Below are positions 56,601-64,000 of a stretch of DNA of 64,000 bases, piece by piece. The stretch is taken from contig NC_134031.1 in the NCBI RefSeq assembly GCF_964204645.1, positions 9,052,001 through 9,116,000 of the forward strand, read 5' to 3'. A program made the position numbers and the translations under genes. The notes below the pieces were generated by a model. The model did no database searches, was not told where the DNA came from, and saw only the letters and a list, made by a program, of their open reading frames with translations. Within the stretch, counting starts at the first letter, position 1. Every line of letters starts with the position of its first letter. Origin of the DNA: Tubulanus polymorphus (taxonomy: Eukaryota > Animalia > Nemertea).

Positions 56601-59600
56601 GAAAAGTCAAGTTGGGTTGTGATCTGATTCAATTTGCGATAATCCACCGCAAAGCGAAATTAACCCGATTTCTTTTTAACCAATACTACGGGGCTATGCC
56701 ATTCAGAATTGGACTTTGTTACGAACTTGTTTCTGAGTAATTCATCAACCTGTCGTTCTATTTCCTTTTTGTTTTCAGCATGAGTGCGGTAAAAAGGGAG
56801 ACTAACCTTTTTCGCCCCAGGATTAGTTTCAATGGTGTGATGATACATATTAGTGTGACCGACCTCTGAAAGGTCTGCTGCAAACACATCACGATTAGCT
56901 TTTAAAAGTTTGAAAGACATTCTTTCTGATTGTCGTCAAGGTCCGAATCCGATAAATCAAAGTGAATTGGTTCTGAAGAGTTTGATTTGATGGGATTTTG
57001 TTCATAACTTTTCTAATTGAGAGAATCGTCAATTGGCACAATAGACTCTTGATCGACGTCAAAATATGTAGCGACAACCTTTTTACGTGGTAGCACTATT
57101 TCTTGATCCGTGGGGTTTAAGATAGCCATAACTGAGCGATTTTTGTCAATATTGACAAGACATTTAGCACCTAAGATTTGCATCTTGTGTAGAGAGGGAA
57201 CAGGTTCCAGAAAGCAGATTTTTGGAGTTTCAATTTTAGACATACACCTGATGTATTAAGAACGGTATAAACCTCATTGTCTCGGAGAGTGAGTGTACGG
57301 ATCTTAAAACAGATTTTAGCATCATTTGCTTCGAGAAAGTCTTAACCTAAGATGATTGGGTGCTGCATATGGTCAATTACGTAAAACAAGTGTGAAATTG
57401 CTAGTCCGCCAATATTTTTATCTAAAGGGACTCGACCTTGAACTACATGTTTTTCCCCACCTACACCGGCAATATGGGAAATGTCAGATGGACCTAAAGC
57501 TACAGTTGTTGGGAGACGTTTGAGTGTCTTGCAGGACACACATGAGATAGAGGCTCCAGTGACTACTAATGACGAAAATTGGTGACCAAAAATTTTTGTA
57601 AGAATTGATTTTTGGTTTAGAACCTCCGTGACATTGACAGTAGGTGGGGACTTGGGCCACCAGAGACAGGCGCGTGCCTTCAGCCGTGAAATGGGTGAGG
57701 TGCAGTTCTGGGAATTTGGCTAAATTTCTTTTTACGGCACTTTCTCTCGATATGGCCGGGAATCCTACAGAAGTTACATATTGTGTCGAATGCCCTACAA
57801 AACCTATTTCCGCCACAATACTCACCACAATTGTAACATTCTCGATGGCCTTGTTGAGTCCTTGGGAGCTTGCTGATCATAATTTTGTGGTTGCTGTTGT
57901 GATGATTGGTATCTCTTTGGCTGCCCGGGTTCTCCACCAATTTATTAACGTAGCTTTCGTTGTTACGTCAATGTTGTAAGGATTGATGTGGCTATGAGAG
58001 CACGTCGCCTTAAAAGTAAATGAATAAAAATCCAATATAGTATTCCTGACAGCAATCGTGTGTTTTATTACGAGTGAGAGATGCAAACTGAGTTTGTTAC
58101 AAATAACTGATATGAAAATCATTGATTGAAATACATTGTTATAGCGAACTTCTTAAAATCTAATATATACATGATTATTTAGCCTATTTCTGACATAACA
58201 ATTAGACTAGTATTAAAAGGCCTATAATATAATAAAGTCGGATCTAAAAACTACATAACTATAAACTCAGGCTTACCTTAAAAGTAAATGAATAAAAATC
58301 CAATATAGTATTCCTGACAGCAATCGTGTGTTTTATTACGAGTGAGAGATGCAAACTGAGTAAAGATCTAACTCAGCCAAGGTTAAAATACTCTAAATTT
58401 TGGAAGCATCTCTCACCTGTAACAAGCCACACGATTGGTCAAAATACTTTTGGAGATCGGTAACCTGGTTGAATAGATAATTAATAGCTGCCCAAACTTG
58501 CTGGCAGCGACAGAGTGAGAAAAACAATTGCTATCTTCTCAGTGACAGACAAACGAGTTTTGACACAATGAGAGATGCTCTATTAACAAATAATTATTAG
58601 ATACACAGTGTCTGGCAAATTTATGCTCAGCAAGTGTGGACAAACAAAGCCAGCTATCATCAAACTCCAAATTCTAGAAGGTTCCAAGTGTTTTATTTTT
58701 TTTGAGATGATCAAAACTATATTTTGAATTGGTTTCGTAGCTCTTTTTGACGATTTTATCGGAGACGTCTAATCCATCACATGAGAATCTACGCACACGT
58801 ATAATCGCTTGCCAAAGCTTCCTCATAGAATCTCAACATCTACAGTTTTACAGTCATAATTCTGTTATTTTCTCGTTTTATTGGTATCATTTATTGTTCT
58901 AACTTACATGGTTAACTCCTTTATATCTTCAAGATTATAATGGTAGGTATTTTCCAAAAATATCTGATAATAATGACCATAGTACTGCCATCTATTGCCT
59001 GTAACAGCGATTTATTGTCTTGTTATAACATTGCTGATTTATCTTATTTAAGATAATTTTTTGAGGAATCAAAGGCATATAACAGTACATTCATGCACTG
59101 AAAAATTATAAAATACTTTAATCTTCAGTGCCCGGTGGCTCTTTATCGTTTTTTAATGTATGCGGGTAAATCTCGACATGGTAGATATCGTCACAACGTT
59201 CTATTCACCAAACATCCCAGCCGTGCAATATCATACACTGTTTTGAGTCAATCGAATGTGTCAGTATACCTGTCTTTCAGCTGCTGAGCTTCGATGATGG
59301 TGTCGTAATCCGTAAACACAGTATAACTTCAGCCAGAGGCTTATTGTTATCGCCGGTCGGTCTACAAATCTTGAAACATATTGACAATTTGTTTTTGGCG
59401 AAAAGCTGATTTGAGCATGATTGTACAATGTAAATCAGGTTCTGCAGAGAGAACACAAATTTTGTTTGATTCTAATGATGAAGCGATTGCTCAGTTTATT
59501 TGTTGTCCATCATTGTTTTTAGCGAACCGATGGTTGGCTTCTTATACCAATGGTCTAGCTGGCCTTGTGTCTTTATTGCTAGAAATTGATGTTAACAAGC

Positions 59601-60682
59601 CACATTTTGAAACAGTGATAGACCCGGTCGTATTTTTTTTGCAGATGATTCAAATAGCCTAACACTTGCTATTGTGTGATTTTTGTTGCGATGTGACTTA
59701 TCTAACCTGTAAAATTTTAAATAATTGGACAATTTTCTTAGCTTTTATATAATTTGACCTGACCTGTCATGAGCTAAGTCATGAATAATCATTAGCAGAT
59801 GCGCATGCGCTTAACAGTATGTAAAATGACGGATGAATCCTCGCTAAACTAGATCCGGAATTATTAAGCCATTTGGTTAAATATCAAGTTGTGTATTGGC
59901 AATTACTGTGAAGAAAACCAAAGCATGGCCCTTTTTGAATTTTGGAATGAAAGTAACGTGGGTGTCAAGGTACATGAAGAAACTGTAGCCTATTAACTTC
60001 CACTAGTTGTTGGATATGATACATGTAAGAGTGAGGGAGGTAAGTCTTCGGTTTCTTTTAATAGATGAATGAATTACATTTGAATGTAAAAGGCCTTACT
60101 TTTTCTTGACTGAATCTCGTTTGCCCGGTGAGAATACAAACCCCTTTCAGCTATTTCGTTTCCTAATTTAGTCATTTAGAAGAAAAAAATAATCTGCCAC
60201 CCCTTCACTGCTCAGTGGACTTGCTAGCCTTGCGCCATATTTATCGACTGTCCCTGAAGCATTTTTAATAGCAATAGTGAAAGTACTGAATTATTACTGA
60301 ATAAAAACTGTAATATTGTAAAGAAACAATGGGTTTGAATTGCTTTGTCTTATCTGTCGCTACAATTTGTGTGTGCATTATTATGACAGTTGCTTCGATA
60401 ATTTTGACGGAACATTGCAGGTGTTTAAAACCTTTCTTCCCCACCTTGGAGGGTGGCCAGATTATATTTCAAGATATACGATCCGAATATTTTAGTGTAA
60501 TTTAGCAACTCACGATATTTGGTTATGCTTAATTAGTTGTTAGCATCAATAACACAAACCGTTATATATTTTCTCTTTGTTTAGGTAGTGATCTAATGAG
60601 TAGCAGTCATTACAAGAAAATACGGCATTGCATGGAAGACCATAACCTAGATACATGTATAACGGTGCATCTGAACTATTGA
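2716..60682 (+). CDS. Spliced host gene of unknown function (5' part outside the window); exons 2716-2973, 3549-3654, (16752-16778?), 23021-23086, 36746-36949, 38775-38932, 39698-39853, 40324-40475, 46179-46278, 46556-46687, 60585-60682
   Basis: Each exon has a pyrimidine tract + AG acceptor and (except the last) a GT donor, and is open. Phases chain exactly for 2716->3549 and for 23021->36746->38775->39698->40324->46179->46556->60585. Ends in TGA at 60680-60682 with AATAAA at ~60727. At least one exon between 3654 (phase 0) and 23021 (phase 2) is unresolved. Protein is S/T/P/E-rich. Confidence 0.75.
3549..3654 (+). CDS. Host gene exon ([19 protein letters not shown]...ERKSQ)
   Basis: ttttag acceptor, cag|gtaaat donor, in frame with ORF 3493..3738. 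Confidence 0.7.
7150..7902 (+). mobile_element. HINE family 3 element nested in HINE family 1
   Basis: Sub-terminal IR ATCTCGGGCG...CGCCCGAGAT, 3' hairpin AGATCCGTGGATCT then TTGTT; inserted in a T run that is uninterrupted in the copy at ~18480. Confidence 0.75.
7985..8520 (+). repeat. ~154-bp tandem array inside the HINE (4 units)
   Basis: GTGAGTTTCAAGGTCATTGG...GGTCACCAGGGGG recurs at ~7985, 8139, 8292, 8447. Confidence 0.85.
11479..11965 (+). mobile_element. HINE family 1, internally deleted partial copy
   Basis: Starts TTTTAGCCCACTT; similar to 6554-7070 plus one tandem unit. Confidence 0.7.
12234..12565. mobile_element. MITE with long TIRs and a 9-bp TSD (MULE-like), nested in a HINE family 2 copy
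   Basis: TIR CATCCTCCC.GGCAGGGA(T)T(T/C)GAACCTGATGGCATCG...; CCCCGGACT duplicated at 12225-12233 and 12566-12574; flanks match the repeat at 30197-30443. Confidence 0.8.
14430..14763 (+). mobile_element. HINE family 1 partial copy with 3' end
   Basis: Similar to 6750-7020; ends CACTTCCCAAGTGGG...GGACCCCTAGTT. Confidence 0.7.
14915..16303 (+). repeat. ~1.4-kb interspersed repeat, copy 1 (copy 2 at 32569-33979)
   Basis: Co-linear, highly similar sequence in the same orientation. Confidence 0.85.
15802..16343. mobile_element. Non-autonomous TIR element (Kolobok-like termini)
   Basis: AGGCCATCCCA...TGGGATGGCCT with further sub-terminal symmetry; superfamily assignment tentative. Confidence 0.55.
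17503..19904 (+). CDS. Harbinger Myb/SANT-like DNA-binding protein (exons ~17480-17805 and 19613-19904), probably damaged
   Basis: [14 protein letters not shown]...KWSEIA...WKNCQKKAK...KTGGGP; exon 2 encodes a coiled coil ([18 protein letters not shown]); in-frame TAG just upstream of the Myb motif. Confidence 0.8.
17876..19153 (+). mobile_element. HINE family 1 copy 2, inserted in the intron of the Harbinger Myb gene
   Basis: Same termini and four ~154-bp units as 6554-8571; lacks the nested 7150-7902 insert. Confidence 0.85.
20006..21531 (-). CDS. Harbinger (HARBI1-like) DDE transposase, 4 exons: 21531-20997, 20709-20631, 20532-20410, 20325-20006
   Basis: [48 protein letters not shown]; three GT-AG introns splice in frame. 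Confidence 0.92.
21955..22079. repeat. (TA)n/(TATG)n microsatellite
   Basis: Direct reading. Confidence 0.95.
23021..23086 (+). CDS. Host gene exon ([22 protein letters not shown])
   Basis: ttacttcag acceptor, gt|gtaagt donor, phase 2 out matches exon 36746. Confidence 0.6.
23268..23526 (-). pseudogene. pogo/Tigger transposon remnant (terminus + N-terminal CENP-B-type HTH)
   Basis: TA|CAGTATAACCTCTC terminus at 23268; minus strand reads [21 protein letters not shown] from 23526. Confidence 0.65.
26558..26594 (-). ncRNA. Minimal type I hammerhead ribozyme (copy in the left arm)
   Basis: Reverse complement of 29701-29737. Confidence 0.9.
26708..28629 (-). CDS. Penelope RT-GIY-YIG endonuclease polyprotein, 5'-truncated but otherwise open
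   Basis: [48 protein letters not shown]...YIGKT...RIKEH, REALFIK; frame stays open upstream of 28510 to the inversion junction (YGLKHHILP). Confidence 0.95.
28630..29587 (+). CDS. Inverted partial copy of the Penelope ORF (RT thumb + GIY-YIG)
   Basis: Translation matches the C-terminal ~307 aa of the minus-strand ORF. Confidence 0.9.
29701..29737 (+). ncRNA. Minimal type I hammerhead ribozyme
   Basis: CAC-CUGAUGA-G[GGGAU AUG AUCCC]-GAAA-ACGU-UC-GUG: conserved core, stem II, palindromic stem III, stem I CAC/GUG; such ribozymes are known from Penelope pLTRs. Confidence 0.9.
32569..33979 (+). repeat. ~1.4-kb interspersed repeat, copy 2
   Basis: Co-linear with 14915-16303. Confidence 0.85.
35168..35258. 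repeat. (GAT)n/(GATGGAT)n simple repeat
   Basis: Direct reading. Confidence 0.95.
36746..36949 (+). CDS. Host gene exon ([16 protein letters not shown]...DDKPR)
   Basis: tttacag acceptor, ag|gtttgt donor, phase matches exon 38775. Confidence 0.7.
38775..38932 (+). CDS. Host gene exon ([14 protein letters not shown]...LPSIG)
   Basis: ttgcag acceptor, gag|gtatat donor, phase-consistent on both sides. Confidence 0.75.
38994..39387. mobile_element. Tc1/pogo-like MITE
   Basis: TIR (C/T)AGTAGACTCTGCCT flanked by TA on both sides. Confidence 0.65.
39698..39853 (+). CDS. Host gene exon ([17 protein letters not shown]...HIDFTL)
   Basis: cttttag acceptor, ttg|gtatgt donor, open in the phase dictated by its neighbours. 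Confidence 0.75.
40324..40475 (+). CDS. Host gene exon ([12 protein letters not shown]...EIEKQ)
   Basis: ttgtag acceptor, cag|gtaacc donor. Confidence 0.75.
41156..42891 (+). pseudogene. LINE ORF1: PHD finger, coiled coil, SGNH esterase
   Basis: [12 protein letters not shown]...YICYKC; [20 protein letters not shown]; broken into ORFs 41156, 41520 and 42403. Confidence 0.85.
42878..45577 (+). pseudogene. LINE ORF2: APE endonuclease, linker, C-terminal domain; RT core missing
   Basis: TWNVHGL, LTETH, GDFN, SVVDL, SDHCP; [11 protein letters not shown] followed almost directly by post-RT sequence; [21 protein letters not shown]. Confidence 0.9.
46179..46278 (+). CDS. Host gene exon ([17 protein letters not shown]...TECEE)
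   Basis: ttgtag acceptor, aag|gtaata donor; phase 0 in, phase 1 out. Confidence 0.75.
46556..46687 (+). CDS. Host gene exon ([11 protein letters not shown]...LTDEK)
   Basis: tttcag acceptor, aag|gtagaa donor. Confidence 0.7.
46803..47496 (+). mobile_element. HINE family 2 copy (empty site for the Penelope target)
   Basis: Matches 26246-26471 + 29804-30443 with a single GCAAAAATATCT. Confidence 0.8.
48909..49746. mobile_element. Kolobok-like non-autonomous element
   Basis: TTAA|AGGTCAAGTGCC...GGCACTTGACCT; right TSD degenerate. Confidence 0.6.
50255..50382. mobile_element. 128-bp MITE, 13-bp TIR, 6-bp TSD
   Basis: GTATTA|CAGAGATGAGAAT...ATTCTCATCTCTG|GTATTA. Confidence 0.75.
51328..51715 (-). 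repeat. 3' LTR (3'-truncated), begins TATTATCA after the PPT
   Basis: PPT AGGGGGGAA at 51716-51724 (minus); identity to the 5' LTR. Confidence 0.75.
51972..54351 (-). pseudogene. env: env: class I (F-type) fusion glycoprotein with stops and frameshifts
   Basis: Signal-peptide-like N-terminus, furin-type site RLRR followed by fusion peptide [18 protein letters not shown], heptad region, Cys-rich ectodomain, hydrophobic TM segments. Confidence 0.8.
54525..56242 (-). pseudogene. pol: Integrase: HHCC zinc finger, rve core, GPY motif, C-terminal chromodomain-like region
   Basis: [12 protein letters not shown]...YYWPKM; [26 protein letters not shown]; FEGPY; IEKVVKC...YLVKFEG...W. Confidence 0.88.
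56345..57600 (-). pseudogene. pol: Protease and N-terminal RT; RT C-terminus and RNase H deleted
   Basis: LV(V)TGAS (mutated DTGA), [42 protein letters not shown]; truncated at IYV. Confidence 0.88.
57680..57920 (-). pseudogene. gag: gag C-terminal remnant (Cys/His knuckles)
   Basis: CYNCGEYC...[15 protein letters not shown]; homologous to 63910-64000. Confidence 0.8.
57923..57939 (-). promoter_or_regulatory. Primer binding site (tRNA-Ala-like)
   Basis: TGGTGGAGAACCCGGGC, close to the complement of the tRNA-Ala 3' end. Confidence 0.7.
57943..58660 (-). repeat. 5' LTR (5'-truncated), ends TAATA
   Basis: 3 nt before the PBS; contains an 86-bp internal duplication. Confidence 0.75.
60585..60682 (+). 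CDS. Host gene terminal coding exon ([16 protein letters not shown]...HLNY*)
   Basis: Long pyrimidine tract + ttag acceptor, phase 1 in, TGA stop, AATAAA ~45 nt downstream. Confidence 0.6.
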
Positions 60683-60796
60683 AGATTCAAGTTATTGTAA
60701 AGAATTTACTTTTTATTGTGCAAATGAATAAACCATGTAATTTTGATATGAAAGTGTTACCTCCTTGGTTCTTTGTCAACTTCGCTTTAATATAAA

Positions 60797-61428
60797 TTAT
60801 GATACCCCCTGCTCCGTGAGAATAATACACCGAACTAGGTTTGCAGCAAAATTAAGAAGATTGTGTGATTGATTGATAAAAGGTCATTTATTTACAGAAA
60901 TGACGGGAATGCAAATATTCCAGATTAAAACAGAATTTTGCAAGAAGGGTGGCCAAAAAAATAAGTATATTATATATAAATATATGTGCCACATAATACA
61001 GAGAATAATTATACAGAGTCACAATAAATGTTATTGAATCCACTGCGATAGTCTCGGAAAGCAGTTTACACATCGATTTCCAAAAGGGGATGGGACATAA
61101 GGGTGATTTTTAATAAAACATATGCGTCTAAGAAACTCAGACAGACTGAATCGCCACGAGGTTACTCAGTGGGCGGAGTTCAACAAGTGATAAGACACGT
61201 GTTAGATCACGTGATAGATAAACTACACTGGCTCTCATAAAACGTTTTATTTCCTAACGTAAATAAAATTACTTTATGATACCCCTTGCTCCGTGAGAAT
61301 AAAACACCGAACTAGGTTTGCTGCAAAATTAAGAAGATTGTGTGATTGATTGATAAAAGGTCATTTATTTACAGAAATAACGGAAATGCAATATATCCAG
61401 ATTAAAACAGAAAAAAGGTGGCCAAAAA
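60797..61428. repeat. ~160-bp direct repeat pair (60797-60960, 61274-61428)
   Basis: TTATGATACCCC.TGCTCCGTGAGAATAA...GGTGGCCAAAAAA occurs twice. Confidence 0.8.
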
Positions 61429-62013
61429 AGTGCCACAGATGTTTTCTTTCAGGAAGAAAACATCTGGCCAACCGAGGGAGTTTGATTAGCACGGAGCGAT
61501 ATGTGCCCGACAGCGGGTTGAAAGCAATGAAATATGAACATATACGGAGGCAGACAAATTCTGACCCTCCGACAAGGGGCAACACAGCCGTATACGTGCC
61601 ACTGACGGTTATCGTGAGACAAGCCTTTAATACAATTTATAGTAAATCAAGTAAAATAATATATAGAGACATATTAGGCAAGGATTTGAAACATTCTATA
61701 ATTAATGTAAATAGATATAGATAATGCTCCGAAGGATGGAGGCAGACCATGTTCCGACGATTGTTTCGTACATATGTGACTCTAAAGCATCAACCTAGGT
61801 AGGCATCGTCGAAAAATGGATTAACAATCATAATATATGGAATCAAATCACGCTATGGTTATACGTCATGGAGGCAGACAACATCTGAACCTCCTAAGCG
61901 TAGCATATACATAATGAATATTTACAGATGCATATATGGCAGGGTTTTGATCAATATCTACGAGAAATTAGTAATGTAATGTACTAACTAAATTTTTCCC
62001 AGCTTGGAGGCAG

Positions 62014-62967
62014 TATTATCATACAACTTGCTTTTTATTCATTTTCGGAAGCAAATTCATATTCATATTTATATTTTATGATTTATATGATATTTCATAT
62101 ATAGTATTTCAGTCATAATTTTGTATTTATGATATCTAACTTCATTTTTATAATTTTTGACTTTGTAATTGTATTTCTGGTTTTTAGCAGATTGTTATCT
62201 ATTATTTAACACACAGAGATGACCTGACACTGTCTAAGCAATTAATTATTTACAAGCTCTATGCCTATGTGTTAATTGGTATCTAAACTTGAGTCGTGGT
62301 CAACAGCGAAGTTTGTCTGTCACCTATGGATTTGTCTATTGTAGTACTCACAGCCGCTGCCAACAAGTTTGGACATATTTTTAATTAGTTTCTCGCTCTG
62401 GCTATCTGTCTCCAAGGTATATTGACCAATCATGATGTTCGTTACAAATGCGAGATGGGTCCGAATTTTTAGGGTATTTAAACCCTAGCTAACCAAGATC
62501 TTTGCTCAGTTTACATCTCGCATCTGTAATAAACACATGATTGCTGTCAATGCTTTAGTTGGACTTATAATCTTATTTTCAAGGTAAGCCAGAGTTATGT
62601 TACGTGTTTTATATCTGAAATAGGCCTAAGACCTTATACATAAGGTTTTTAATATCTAGTCTAGTTTAATATACTGATCTCGTCTAATTCAAAACTTCTG
62701 TTGTCTGAATAAATCTTAAGATAAAGAATGTTTATTCCATTATCTCACAATACTATATTTCATAATACTATACTCAATATTTAACGAAATGTGATATCAA
62801 TAATTTGTCTATATGATATTGATTATATTGGCTCAGTTTACATCTCGCATCTGTAATAAACACATGATTGCTGTCAATGCTTTAGTTAATCTTATTTTCA
62901 AGGTGACGTGCTCTCGTAGCAAACTCGTTCTCATAACGTTAACGTAACAACGAAAGTTGCGTTAATA
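62014..62967 (+). repeat. 5' LTR of a second, related Gypsy element (TATTATCA...TAATA, 954 bp)
   Basis: Same first 8 nt and same end as the neighbouring element's LTR, patchy similarity throughout; PBS TGGTGGAGAACCCG at 62971. Confidence 0.75.
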
Positions 62968-63004
62968 AATTGGTGGAGAACCCGAACGAACAGACCTCTC
63001 GCAA

Positions 63005-64000
63005 ATGCCAAGCGGAACGTCACCGATCAACTTCTCTGGAAGATCATTGCGAAGCTCATCTCAAGCAAGCAAGAAGTCTTCATCACTGTTGCCGTCTACT
63101 CAAATCAACACGACGAATTCATCAACAGCAACCAATTCGGCAAGTGTGTCGACCCCAGAACAATTGACACCGCCGACACCACCCCCGATCATCGATACTA
63201 CAAACGAAATCATGCCGGGAATACAGTTACCTCGGTTTACTGACCAAAACCCTCATGTCTGGTGGGACCTATGGCAATCGTACATATCGGCTTACCGGAT
63301 ACAACCAGACCAACAGGTCCATCATTTTAAGCTGCATTTGTCCGACCAAGCGCTTACCTGGTACCGATCATTGAGCGACGATATCAAAAAGGACAATGCG
63401 AAACTAAAAACTGCATTTACGACTCGCTTTAGTAACTCTAACGGAAATAGCATGTCAATTCTACAATTCAAACAGGAATCAGGTCAGTCAGTTACGTCAT
63501 ATTTAGAAAACTTTCTCCAGAAGTTGAACCCTATGGAACTGAGTGAAACATTGAAAGTCAGCTTCCTAATAAATGGTCTTCGTGACGATATTAAGCTGAT
63601 TATCATGCCTCAAAACCCAAGTACTGTTCAAGAGGTACTTACAAAAGCGAGCCTCGCTGAACAAACTATCGAAGTGACATCCCCAATCACAGTAGCTAGC
63701 GCAGCCACTACTAATGATATGGGAACAATCATGGACATGATGCGAAACCTCCAAGCTCAAATGCAAGAACTCCGAACACAGGTTATGGAAGATGTCAACC
63801 CACCGGAAATCGCGTATGCTCATCATACCAGGGAGCCACGACGACCTCAGAATGCGGAGATGCAACAGAATCAACGTCAACCCACATATAATACACCTCA
63901 ACAGTCAATGAGATATCAATCATCACAGCAACAACCACGAAATTATGATCACCAAGGTCCACAGACTCCACAAGGCCGTCAAGAATGTAATAACTGTGGT
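63005..64000 (+). CDS. gag: Gypsy gag (capsid), open, runs off the window
   Basis: ATG at 63005, 332 codons without a stop: LPRFTDQNP.VWW, ALTWY, LKTAF..RF, KQESGQSV..Y, FLINGLR, ends ECNNCG; absent from the ORF track because it has no stop. Confidence 0.88.
   Translation, partial: MPSGTSPINFSGRSLRSSSQASKKSSSLLPSTQINTTNSSTATNSASVSTPEQLTPPTPPPIIDTTNEIMPGIQLPRFTDQNPHVWWDLWQSYISAYRIQPDQQVHHFKLHLSDQALTWYRSLSDDIKKDNAKLKTAFTTRFSNSNGNSMSILQFKQESGQSVTSYLENFLQKLNPMELSETLKVSFLINGLRDDIKLIIMPQNPSTVQEVLTKASLAEQTIEVTSPITVASAATTNDMGTIMDMMRNLQAQMQELRTQVMEDVNPPEIAYAHHTREPRRPQNAEMQQNQRQPTYNTPQQSMRYQSSQQQPRNYDHQGPQTPQGRQECNNCG

Larger units (their letters stand above)
51328..58660 (-). mobile_element. Env-bearing Ty3/Gypsy element (endogenous retrovirus-like), defective
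   Basis: LTR-PBS-gag remnant-PR-RT-IN-env-PPT-LTR order on the minus strand; the LTRs share 176 bp (51328-51503 / 58485-58660) with 4 mismatches. Confidence 0.92.

Noticed and set aside
51328-58660. Reciprocally truncated LTRs read as an R-U5...U3-R processed RNA copy
   Set aside because: No poly(A) tail or TSD at 51328, and the AATAAA-containing segment lies in the part missing from the 3' LTR; flanking deletions are simpler

Overview
AT-rich eukaryotic (animal, probably marine invertebrate) genomic DNA; no prokaryotic genes or CRISPR. A single + strand host gene of unknown function threads through almost the whole window as small, phase-compatible GT-AG exons (2716 to a stop at 60682). Its introns are filled with transposable elements: an L2/CR1 RT fragment, a decayed Ty3/Gypsy element, several Helentron-type non-autonomous elements (HINEs), a complete two-gene PIF/Harbinger transposon (CAG TSD), a very young Penelope-like element arranged as a 1174-bp inverted repeat with a hammerhead ribozyme in each arm, a CR1/L2-group LINE (PHD + SGNH-esterase ORF1, RT core deleted), hAT/pogo/Kolobok-like remnants and MITEs, and a retrovirus-like Ty3/Gypsy element with a chromodomain-like integrase tail and an F-type env. 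A related element with an open gag lies head-to-head just after the host gene. Best candidates for something undescribed: (1) the env-bearing Gypsy family, with TATTA...TAATA LTR termini, an internally duplicated and homogenised LTR segment, and an env with a second membrane anchor plus an extra C-terminal domain; (2) the Penelope foldback, which puts a long dsRNA and a sense-strand ribozyme inside a host intron; (3) a MITE whose TIRs carry tRNA B-box-like motifs. Everything was read by eye, with no database searches.
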